A DNA stretch of 64,000 bases. Source: Rotaria socialis. Its lineage: Eukaryota. Positions within the stretch are counted from its first letter, which is position 1; every line of letters starts with the position of its first letter. This document shows, piece after piece, positions 53,172 to 64,000 of this stretch. Where the stretch lies: NCBI GenBank assembly GCA_905331295.1, contig CAJNYD010000054.1, positions 1 to 64,000 of the forward strand. The letters run 5' to 3'. The translations under genes and the position numbers were made by a program. The notes beneath the pieces were generated by a model, which had not been told where the DNA came from, ran no database searches, and was given only the letters and a program-made list of their open reading frames with translations.

Positions 53172-56024
53172 ATGCTTCGCATCAAGCAGCAAACTAACCC
53201 ATCAGTGACTTCGAAAGAATCAGTTCCTCTTAAGGAAGTTTATATTGAGGCATGTCTCCATTCATTTGCAGCCGATGTCAAATTAACACAAGTATTTCGA
53301 AACGATGAGTCCGTGCCAATAGAAGCCGTTTATTGGTAAGAGCATAATTAATCTATCAATATACCTTTTGTTTGACATTTTTTCTCTGAATTTCTTTAGT
53401 TTTCCTGTTGAAGAAAATGCGGCGATCTACGCATTTGTCGCTCGCATCGATGATGGCCGTGAGATTGTTGCTGAAATCAAGGAGAAGAAATTAGCGCAAC
53501 AAGAATATACACATGCTCTTGCGCAAGGTCACGGTGCATATCTATTCGAACAAGATGAAGATTCCAATGATATATTTGTTGTTAGCGTCGGAGCGTAAGT
53601 GAATCGTGTGTTGTATCTATGTAAACTTACTCTCATCAATTTATTATCAGTCTGAAGCCAAATACCGAATGTCGCATCACGATTAGTTATGTGACTGAAC
53701 TTGATCTGTTGCATGACAATGAGAAACCAATAATTCGCTTCGTTATACCCACAACGATTGCACCACGCTACTCACCATCAAATAAAGGTATCTCATCGCC
53801 CGGTGGAACTCAAGCGGAATATATTGAATCCGCTCCCTATACAATCGAATTCGTCTGTAAAATTGACAAAATCGATCAACATGTGTCTTCTATTTCATCA
53901 CCGTCACATCCAATCGTAGTTGATTTTAATAATGACGATGCTTTTATTGTCACGTTCAGTCAACAAGGAATACAACTCGAGTGAGTGATTTATTTGACGT
54001 CATTGAATCAACAGACTATATTTATATTATATTTGACCATAATCTCTAATATGTGCTTTGTCTATTTCAGCCGTGATATTATTGTTGATATTGAACTGTC
54101 AAAAACCCGAACAAACACGATTGCAGCTGTTGAAAAGGGTGCTCTTATGGTCTCGTTTATGCCTAATGAAGAAGATTGTCGAGGAAGTTCGAACGATAGA
54201 AGAAACGAATTTCTCTTCATAATTGATTGCAGCGGTTCGATGGACGAAGATAACAAAATAGGTCTCGCGTGCAAAGCGATGCTGCTCTTCCTCAAGAGTC
54301 TTCCCACCAATTGTTGCTTCAATATTGTTCGTTTTGGTTCCACATTTTCACCACTGTTTAGCGATCAAGTTACACGTGAATACAATGCTACGAACTTACA
54401 TGAAGCAGAAACATTGATCAAGTGTATGACGGCCAATATGGGTGGTACAGAACTTCTCGAACCTTTGAAATGGCTGAAGAAAAATAAGCCGCCTGTGGGT
54501 TGTGCCAGACAAATCTTTCTGTTGACCGATGGCGAAGTCTCCAATGTTGATCAAGTAACGAATCTATGTCGTGATATGGCCGCGTTTACACGCATCTTTT
54601 CATTCGGTCTCGGTCATTCGGCAAGTATTTCATTTAATATGCTAAACAAATTGATGAGCTATATATTTGACCACTTTTTTTAGCCAAGCCGAGCTCTTGT
54701 CAAGGGTCTGGCACGTGTTACCAATGGTTATTATACCTTCATTCCACCGCAGACAAAAGTCGACATTCACGTCGCTAAACAGCTTGCACGTGCGCTTCAA
54801 CCGAGCATCAGCAATGTACATGTCAAGTGGAACACGAACCAAACTGTTCTTCACAGTATACCTAACCACGCTCCGCCCGTCTTTGCCCGTGATCGTTTGC
54901 TCTTCTATGCATTGCTCGATGAATCTATGGCCTTTGATCATGCGACAACTGTCGAACTATTTGCTGATATCAGTCAAAAACCACTTGGTGTGGCTCGTAT
55001 CGATCACATACCATCAGTAGTCGACTCACAAACTATCAGGCGTTTAGCAGCGAAAAGCCTTTTGCATGAACTCTTGCATGGTGAAAAACCAGCAGCTCGG
55101 GAATGTATTATTGGTCTCTCACTCAAGTATGGGATTCTCTGTCCGTATACAGCTTTCATTGGTCTTGAGCGACGACTCGATGTTGACAGTGCGAGTAACG
55201 CGGATATGGAACTGCGTGAGGTGCCTATCGTACTGAGTCCGATGAACTCGAGTTTAAGAAGACTATTTCCAGTGTCATCTAGCATATCCTCAAACCGCAT
55301 CAGTTCATTACAAACCGATATCGATGATATTGTTGATACCATGCGATTTAACGAAATTGCCTTGTTGAGCAGAGGAGACGAGTTGTCCGAGTTATCGTGT
55401 AAAGCGGATATGCTTGAAAGTGGTTCTCATGCGTTCTACCTCAGTGCTGCAAAGCTAAAAAGGCGGAAAGGTTTTGGTTCGATTCTTCAGCCAGCCATTG
55501 GTTATGTTTCATCACTGTTCACGAAAAAAACCGGTGTTCAACCAAATAATTCTCGTTCGAACTCTCACATGCACAGTACACTTTCTGCGTCACCATCTGG
55601 CTCCATGATGAACAGTCCAATAATGTCTGCTTCAATGGACATATTTCAAGCAATTGATATTCAATCGCAACAAAAGTCTGAAGTTGACTGGCCGACGGAT
55701 GAGTACGAATTGGTATCTCGATTTGTAGAACTCCAACAATATGATGGATTATGGATGCTAACTGAGTATGATATCAAACAGTTGACAGGTAAATCTCTTG
55801 CCAACTTTTCATCGTCCATGGTTGATACAATGGAAAAGGCCAGTCGAAATTCGGTAACGACAACGGCCTTTGTTCTTGTCTTTCTTGAGACACGTTGCAT
55901 CTCCAAGAAAACACTTTGGCAGGCATTATCAACCAAGGCACATAAACGAATAGCAGAATTGCTTGGAGGTGATGAGACAAAGGTTGAACAATTGTTAAAA
56001 GATGTCCGTGATCAACTCATGTGA
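53172..56024 (+). CDS. VIT + vWA domain protein (VWA5A/BCSC-1-like) with an embedded R-SNARE motif; 5 exons
   Basis: VIT (VPLKEV..QVFRNDESVPIEAVYCFPVEENAAIYAF..EIKEKKLAQQEY); MIDAS DCSGS..GGT..LLTDGE; SLKYGILCPYTAFIG; C-terminal LQQYDGLW. Exons 53172-53335, 53400-53594, 53651-~53980, 54071-54620, 54684-56024; last intron GC-AG. Confidence 0.9.
55290..55469 (+). other. Synaptobrevin/VAMP-type R-SNARE coiled-coil motif (within the VIT-vWA CDS)
   Basis: SNRISSLQTDIDDIVDTMRFNEIALLSRGDELSELSCKADMLESGSHAFYLSAAKLKRRK aligns without gaps to the VAMP2 SNARE motif; zero-layer Arg codon at 55371-55373. Confidence 0.85.
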
Positions 56025-57308
56025 AAAATTGATTTCCTCACTTTAGTTTATGCTGTCTCTAAATTGCTTCTATCATTAAAATCAATCTAATATTCTTTAT
56101 CTATTATATACATTATGTCAAAATAAACTGTTGTCCAGTTGCTGCGCACATTAAATAGAAATCATTTCACTGCAAGAGTGCAACTGCTCTTGTGAATTCT
56201 TGTTTTTGTTTCGGTACATATTGCTTTTCAAAAAGAAAGTTATTTAGCGATGCACGCGACGTAAATGCTATCTGTCATTCATTGGTAAATGATGATCAAT
56301 CACCGGTTTTTGCTATTGTTGCTTTGAGCAAGTGTCATTTTTCTTCTCACATCTGATTTTTTTGTTTACACCACTGAATTAGGCATGGTGCCCATTATGA
56401 ACTCTTGAAATCTCAGCTCAACTATTCGAAGTATACGAATAGAAAGATCATTTTAGGAGAGCTCGACAATGCCTATTCGCGGTTTTAGAGAATTTTGAAT
56501 AATCGTAACCGATTTCTATTGATTGTCGCATTGTCAGAAAGGAACTTTCTGATTCTTGTTGCAGCTGTGAGTGTGGCGTAAATGAACACGCATCCACATC
56601 CTAAAACATTACAGATGAAATTATATTCTTCGATGGATATTTAACTGATGGTTTTCATATGTATACTGGCAAATGCAATAAGTAGAGTCATTATAAATCA
56701 AGTTTTCATTACAGATCATTCATTAAAGACCATCATTAATTTTCTATTCGACTTATATTTGAACATTTCAATATCTGATAATTATGAATAATAATTAATC
56801 AAATGTTGAATATCTTATTTTATTTTTGAATTATGTTGTATCTGTACATGTCAAATAAGGAGGGATTCAGATCATAGCCAACGATTCGCCAAAATAATAC
56901 CCTATCATGAGTTAGCATTCACCATTTTTTCTTTTCCTCTCATCGATGCAACACCTCTATATATACAAGTCATTTATGCATCTTCCGCTACTCTGTCGAA
57001 ATTGAAATTTGAACAAAATCGCCTAAATTTGTTGATTAATTATCATGCTTTTTACATAGAGTGAGCTCATGATTGATTGAATTTTTTTTCTCGGACATCA
57101 TCGTTCTATTTCAATATATAAAGAAAAATAAATAACTTAAACGATATCGACAGCTGCATGCATAAACTATGGATTCCCGTTCGCTGACTTATACAATCGA
57201 ATGATGAGAAGAAAAACAAATATCGCAGATATAAGAAATTCTTTACTGGATACTCTTGTTTTCTGTTTCTAGAGTCTATTTCTTTTTTTATTCAGCATCT
57301 AACAAATC

Positions 57309-58381
57309 ATGGGTTTCGGTGATCTCCAATCTGCTGATGGTCTTCGTTCACTCAATGCATTTCTTGTCGATAAATCATACGTCGAAGGGTTTGTTTAATA
57401 TGTTTATTGTAAAATCAAACACTTCTATCTCTCTCTCTCTCTCTCTCTCTTGATAGTTATACTCCAACAAAAGGTGATGTTGTTGTATTCGAAGCTGTAA
57501 AGAAAGCACCAGCAACTGAATTTGAAAATGCTCTTCGCTGGTACAATCATATCGCTTCGTTTAATGATGCTGAGAAAGCCAAGTAGAATTTAGTTTTTTC
57601 GGACGTTTTGTTATTTGAATTTCATCGTAATATTTAAAAATAGATTTCAAGGTGAAAGCAAAGCAGTCGATCAATATGGACAACAACCAGGCCAAGATCG
57701 TCTTGCAAAACAAGAATTTGAATCATTATCTGTTGATCCAGCTAAGAAACCAGCAGCTGAAGACGATGATGATGTTGATTTATTCGGCGATGAAAATGAA
57801 GAAGAAACTGAATTAACAAAACAACGTTTAGCTGCTTATGCTGAGAAAAAATCCAAGAGTAAATCCTAGAATTATCTCAAACAATAAAATAAATAATTTT
57901 CTCTAATATTTTTTAGAACCAACTCTTATTGCCAAAAGTAACATTGTCCTTGATGTATGCAAAAGAAAATATTTTTCTATTGAAAAAAGTTTTGAATCCA
58001 TTCTTTTTCTTCTTCTTTCAATTAGATTAAACCATGGGACGATGAAACAAATATGCAAGAACTTGAACAAAACGTTCGTTCAATTGAGTTAGATGGTCTT
58101 CTTTGGGGTGCCTGTAAGTTATCTAAATAGGTTTTTTTATCTCACAGATTTTCTAAGAAAATATTTCATTTTAAGCTCGTCTCGTACCACTTGCTTATAC
58201 AATCAAAAAGTTACAAATCACTTGTGTTGTTGAAGATGACAAAGTAAATAGTCGAAGTTATTAAATTTATTTTGGCACAATAATTATATTTCAGGTTGGT
58301 ACAGATATTCTTGAAGAACGTATCATGGCATTCGAAGACCACGTTCAATCAGTTGATATTGCTTCATTTCAAAAGATTTAA
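57309..58381 (+). CDS. EEF1B: Translation elongation factor 1-beta; 7 exons
   Basis: [110 protein letters not shown]. Confidence 0.97.
57429..57450. repeat. (CT)n microsatellite in EF-1beta intron 1
   Basis: Direct reading. Confidence 0.9.
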
Positions 58382-58509
58382 ATGTTATCCCTTTTTTCTG
58401 TAACACCAATTGCTATTGCGAAATGAACATCAATGCTATATGATGAAATAAAATTGATTTAAAGAAAGAAAAATAAAACAAATGAATACTCTATGTGTTC
58501 AACTTTTAG

Positions 58510-60930
58510 ATGGCTGCTGCAATAGAGACAAAACTCTATGTAACTAATTTTCCGAGTTCAGCTACTCGACAACAATTGCAACAATTTTTTTCTCGATTTG
58601 GTCGCGTACAGGAATGTGCGAGTGAGTAAAAATTAAATATTCTCTCTTGTTTTAAACTCTACAGATATACAGTACTAAACTAAAATATGATACAACTGAC
58701 AATTGAGATCCTAACCGAAATATATTCGATCTCCCAGTGACCAGTTCTTAATACGATAAGGGTATAGCTTAGTTTTTTACTAGCCATAAGAGTATTCTTA
58801 GACAGTTTTAATATTATTTATCTGTTCGTTTCGAAAAATGATCTTCTTCAGCGTTTGAATATATTATCATAATTTTGTTTTTAGTCATGTGGAATTCATA
58901 CGCATTTGTTCACTATGCGACGATGGATGAAGGCAAATTGATTTTTCTTACCTAATATCAAAAGTTCGTTTGATTTTTGCTTTGATCTATTTAGCTCGTC
59001 GTGCTCTGGATCAATCAAATGGTGCCATGTTTCTCAATCGAAAATTAATTGTTCAATTGTCTACATCTCGTTTTCGGCCACAGCCAAAAGAATCTAATAC
59101 TGCGATACCTCAATCACCTAAAAAGCTCATGATTTCAACGTCTCCATCATCTATCGCTTATCATCATTCGAATGGACTACCGACAACGATAGCAGCACAG
59201 CAGTTAACTCAACATCCACAGCAATTTACTTATTCAGAAAATAATAATAATAATAATAATAATTATGATATGATGACATCAAATGGTCTTCATCAACAGT
59301 CATCATCGCCGTTATTAGAGAATCAGAATTTATTTCGTTCTCTATCGCCATTATCTCAGGAGATGAATAATTATTATTCACAATATTCAAATATGCCCAT
59401 GGATCGCATGACACCATCGTTAAAAATTAATAATATAAAAGCAAATAAATCATTGAAAACAGGTAATTCTAAACGAGTGGATTTATCTAACTCTGTTGAC
59501 GGTTCGATACCAGGGATGAGCAATCTTTTGGACACCTTTGCTACTCACGATGGCAATAAAAAAAAGTGATACATTAAATGTACCTGAGGTATCAAACACT
59601 GTCTTTTCTTTTTGAATTTCGAATTTAATAGAAAGAAAAAAATTTCCTTTAGAAACCAAAGATTTTATTTCTATTTCCAGACATAGGTAATAATGGTGAA
59701 ATTCCCAAATTGTATTGTACGAATTTACCAGACAATTGCAAAGCAAGTGATTTACAAAGTTTGTTTTCGTCATTTGGTCATGTTATTGATTGTGTTATTC
59801 TATGGGATTATTATGCATTTATTACGTACAAAACTTTCGTAGAAGCCGAAAGAGCCTTAATGGGATTAAATGGATTTACTTGGAAAGATCGACGTCTTAT
59901 TCTTGAATGGTCACGTGCATCAGGTCGGCGACAACATCAACAAGGATCGTCACCGCCACCGCTACAGCAACACAGACTTGGTTCATTTGGTTGTATGTTG
60001 AATTTAAATCGAACGAGAAAATTTTTTATTTTTAAAAATTTCCTTTTAGCTGAAATTTCAAGTCCACCATCACCTCGTACACGTCCAACAACATTAATTG
60101 CTCATCAAACGGCTTCTAATAATCAATATTATGGAAATAATTCACCGAAAATGCTTTCACCACTGCTTCCATCACCGTTGAAATCACAATCACCACATCA
60201 TACATTCAATCAAAACCTTGCATTAATGTCAATCATGCAGCAACAGCAGCAGCAGCAGCAGCCATATTTTCATCATCATGCAGCAAATCCATATGGTACA
60301 TATACAAATGGAAATAATAATAATAATAATAATGAAATATTATCAAATGACGATCAACAGATATTTGAAGGGTAAATGAACAGAGAAAAATTTCCCTAGA
60401 CATACATTGAAAAGTCGAGTTTCTATTTTGTTAATCTTCGGAATTTTATTTTAAATTTTAGTTTAACAAATTCATCATCAAATCATCGACTTGACTTATC
60501 ATCATTTATTGATACGAATTCTTCAAATAGCAATACGATGTTTTCTTCATCATCCGAATTAAATACACCATCATCAGCTGCATCATTATCCAATGTTTAT
60601 CAACCATCGGATATAACAAATTTACTTGAACCATTATCATCCAATGTATCAACAAACAATAAATCCAATGAAAATTCACTTAGCGATATAAAAAACCTGT
60701 CACCGAATGTACCGCCATCATGTTCATCAGCGGCCGCTGCAGGAGCGGCTGCATTATTTCAAGAAAATTTACTTTCATCATTATTCAATTCATTTGAACC
60801 GTTTAGTAAATTATTTCCCAATGATGATCAATCAACATCATCACGTTACAATCATTTTTCACCTTTATTAACAACAGCGCCCGATAATAGTCATCCAATG
60901 TCCTATGGTCATAATATTTCTTGGCATTAA
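58510..60930 (+). CDS. Two-RRM RNA-binding protein, RBM4/Lark/RBM14-like, with N/Q/S-rich low-complexity regions
   Basis: RRM1 TKLYVTNFP..FSRFGRVQECAIMWNSYAFVHY; RRM2 KLYCTNLP..FSSFGHVIDCVILWDYYAFITY. Introns include 58622-58884 and GC-AG 58933-58994. Confidence 0.85.
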
Positions 60931-61911
60931 ATGAAACAGTTTTTTGTTAATTTTTTGTTGTTGTTGTTGTTGTTGTTGTCATTTCATTTTTGTTTTCACT
61001 CTCTGTCCGGTGTATGTGTTAATTCATGAAAACTATTTACACCCGCGCCTTCTTCTTTTTTTCTAGTCGCACTTCTATTGTGTTCATCATTTGTCTGTCT
61101 TTGTCGGCCATATTTCTTCTTTGCGCGATGAATAGTAGTTTGTTTCGACATGTACGGTTTTGTTTTTCTTAGCAAAAAAACAAACTAAATCATCTCTCTT
61201 GATTGTAGTGTAGATTTCTATGTATGTTTGATTTAAAAAACAAACAACAATATGCTTCTTCTGTTTTCTTCTTTGTCTCAGGTTAATGTTTACAAGAAAG
61301 TACTCGCCATGACTTTATCACTTCCCCGGTCTTTTGTTGTAATACATCTATTCGGCCTTGTATTTAAAATAGCACACTCCCATTTGTTTGAACAGTTTTC
61401 TCATTTATTCACTCTCATGGTTTAGGTTGGGTGTTGCTCTCGTTCTTGTCTTTTTTTCTCTTCTTCTTCTTTTCATCAATGAATGAGCTCTTTTTGTTTG
61501 TTATCCAGTTGTGTTGTCTTCTTGCCTTCACCTCACGTCACTTTGTTGTTGTTTTTTATGACTTCGCACATAACAACTATACACAAACATCCTACTTCGT
61601 TTTTTTCTCTCTTCTGTTTTCATCCTTATTTTTCTATTACTTTTTTTTTCTCTGTGGATTTCAACCAGGATTTTTTCGTGTTGAACATGTAAACCCTTGT
61701 ACTTCAACGATGAAGACTATGCTAAAGCAAACCAAGAAAAAAGAAAGTTCCATTGATGCGATGGAAATGTTTCTTCTTTTTTTTAATAAAAATTTTGACG
61801 AAATGAAATACAAAAAATCAGACGCTTCCGTATGAATGCTGATATAAACTTCGACAGATATTGACGATGACTTCTCACGATGAATGGGAGATTGAAATCA
61901 ATACATTCTAG

Positions 61912-63524
61912 ATGAGTCGTTATCCTGGACCACCTGCATCGTCACAAGGACAACCAATGTCTTCAGTTGGCGGCTATCAGTCATCAGGTATGTCAACTCA
62001 TATGGCAAGTCCACAAACTGTGCCACCATATAGTGTTGCTGTTGCCTCACCATCACAATATGTTCAACAAACAGGTCCTTCACCAAATCAAACTCATTAT
62101 ACTCATCCATCGGTAATAGTATTTGTTCTAGTTCATTTTTGTTAAAACACAAATTTTGAAAGTTGATTTAAGCCGTCTGGCTTTCACATTAAAAACGTAT
62201 CGACGAAGCAGATTGGGGGGCCGGGGGGGGGGCTAAAATGTAGAATTCACGTCCTCTGTTTTGTGACAGTATCAATATTAATTTTGTATATTTTGTCATA
62301 AAATTAAAAAATCATCTGATTTATAATATTGTTTCGTATGTTTACTCTAGGCACGATAGCTATGAACGGGTAAATTTGAAAATCTGAAAAATATAAATCT
62401 CATTATGCATTTTTTTCAATTCGTTTTGTTAAAGATGTACTACATCTATCGAAATCTTACGAATGTGAAGCTATGGAAAATTATTTTTAATCTATCGCTT
62501 TATTTCTCCTCCCGTAATTACTATCATAACATATAAGAGCAGTCGTAAAGCTTTCGATTTAAAATTAGTATATTCCAATGTTTGTTTATTTGTCGGATAT
62601 TTTATCTTTTGTCTCAAAAATAGACTTATCTCTGTTCTTTTTATTACGATTACAAGACAAATTCTGTCATAAACGAAAGCTGTTTTTATTTAGCCTCAGC
62701 AGCCGATGATGACTGCGCCCGGTTATGGCCAGCCTATGATGCATGGTATAATGCCACCTCAAGCGGTTATGCAACCACAACAGCCACCACCGCCACAACA
62801 ACCGCAACAGCAACAACCACCTCAACCTCAGCAGCAACCTGCACAGCCACAGCATCCAGTGCAACAGCAAGATGATTTAGCGATTAAAGTTAAACGATCA
62901 TTTAGTAATTTCGATACTAGTCTGAAAGTAAACAATTTCCAAAACAAAACAAAAAACCTAATTATCTTAATAAATTTATTCTTAGACATTCCTACAAGAA
63001 TATTCATCAGTGTTACAAATGGATGATGCACGATTAAAGTAAATTGATTCTATTCTTTTTTGTTTTAATAGAATGAAACTAATTTTCTTTATATTAGTTC
63101 TCAAACACCTGATCTTCTTGCACAAAGTTCCCAGAATCTCGTCAGACGATACGAAACTTTACTTGTTGCTCTTGATTTATTCGAATCAAATTTAGTATGT
63201 TAACAGTAGCATCAATCTTTATTTCGCACACTCTAATTTTCTTTCCGTTTATAGCGTATGCTACAAGATTATACATCGACACAGAATAATTTCCGTCGAT
63301 ATATGCCACCGCCAACAATGGTTGCCGAATCGAGTGCGCATTCCGGCCATCAGTCAATGCAAATATCAGCACATATTGGCCGGGCTGTTGATCCTATTCA
63401 ATATCAGTTTCTTTTGAATAAAATGCAAACGCAAATTGATTCGTTTAATGCATTGCATGATCTAGGGAAAAAATTTCTGGAAGCTTCATCAACAAATGTA
63501 AATACAAATATAACAACGAAATAA
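61912..63524 (+). CDS. MED29: Mediator subunit 29 (intersex)-like protein with P/Q-rich N-terminus; 5 exons
   Basis: Spliced product QQQDDLAIKVKRSFSNFDTSLKTFL..YETLLVALDLFESNLRMLQDY..YQFLLNKMQTQIDSFNALHD follows the helix pattern I recall for MED29 (QQQDFDPVQRYKMLIPQLKESLQTLM..EEFYALCDQLELCLRL..YPQYLAVIKAQISCAKDIH). Gene structure is solid; identity is moderate. Confidence 0.6.
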
Positions 63525-63656
63525 TAGGAACTTTATCTTGTCTGGTCTTTTTCTTTTCTCTTTTTTGTTGTCATTAATTTTCTCTGTCGTTTTTATTGTA
63601 TAAAATAAAACAGAAACGAGCATAAAGATAGCAATACGGCGAAAGAATTTTCAAAC

Positions 63657-64000
63657 ATGGCGGATCGACGTCTGCGACATGTTACAAATCTTGACAATGA
63701 ATTTATAGGAGATTATTATTCAATCGATAATTTCGATGAAAAATCTAAAAATTGTATGGAAATTCTTATTGCAGAATCGATTGGTGAAATAACAAAAAAT
63801 TATCTTGTATGTTTTCTTTAATATTCAAAACAAAAAATATATACATATAGAAAAAAAAAATTCTATTTATCTAGCCCGAATATCAACGATTATCAGCTTT
63901 TTCTTACTATCCACCGTTGAAACCTGAACAAATTCGTAAACTTACAATTGAAAATGTAACATCAAACGATGTACAAATTCAAATAACAGACAGAATCTAT
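63657..64000 (+). CDS. Partial gene (runs off window); weak resemblance to BCAS2/SPF27 N-terminus
   Basis: Exon 63657-63806 MADRRLRHVTNLDNEF..GEITKNYL, GT-AG intron 63807-63874, frame open to the window end. Only the TKNYL motif supports the family guess. Confidence 0.55.

Noticed and set aside
54062..55980. Antisense ORFs of 68-112 aa over the VIT-vWA gene
   Set aside because: Shadow frames of a GC-richer coding sequence.
58622..58884. Unusually long first intron of the RRM gene as a snoRNA host
   Set aside because: No convincing C/D or H/ACA box pair with a terminal stem; weak inverted ends suggest a MITE relic instead.
61431..61835. 134-aa Phe-rich ORF
   Set aside because: T-rich 3' UTR of the RRM gene; non-ATG start, compositional artefact.

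Overview
AT-rich eukaryotic (animal) genomic DNA with very short spliceosomal introns (mostly ~50-70 nt). The gene families (F-box expansions, LDLa-repeat family, intron-bearing bacterial-type enzymes) suggest a bdelloid rotifer; this is an inference. Apparently intact genes: a tandem DBH-like monooxygenase (MOXD1) pair (copy 1 lacks its C-terminal tail), CMPK2-like kinase, FMO, a PhyH-family dioxygenase, a VIT-vWA (VWA5A-like) gene, EF-1beta, an RBM4/Lark-like two-RRM protein, a MED29-like gene and a partial gene at the right edge. An F-box/LRR gene built from ~17 one-repeat exons has two atypical splice sites and may be damaged. Pseudogenes: GT-A glycosyltransferase, LDLa-repeat gene, VWA7/HET-C-like gene and an F-box gene. 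There are many non-autonomous DNA transposons with clear TIRs and TSDs (CMC-type, piggyBac, hAT/P-type, some nested) and a ~3.2-kb 93-bp tandem array. Top observations: (1) a complete, ungapped synaptobrevin-type R-SNARE motif without a transmembrane anchor inside the VIT-vWA protein; (2) four co-oriented genes packed like a trans-spliced operon; (3) the exon-per-repeat LRR cassette array; (4) the unexplained 93-bp array. All calls are by eye; no searches were run.
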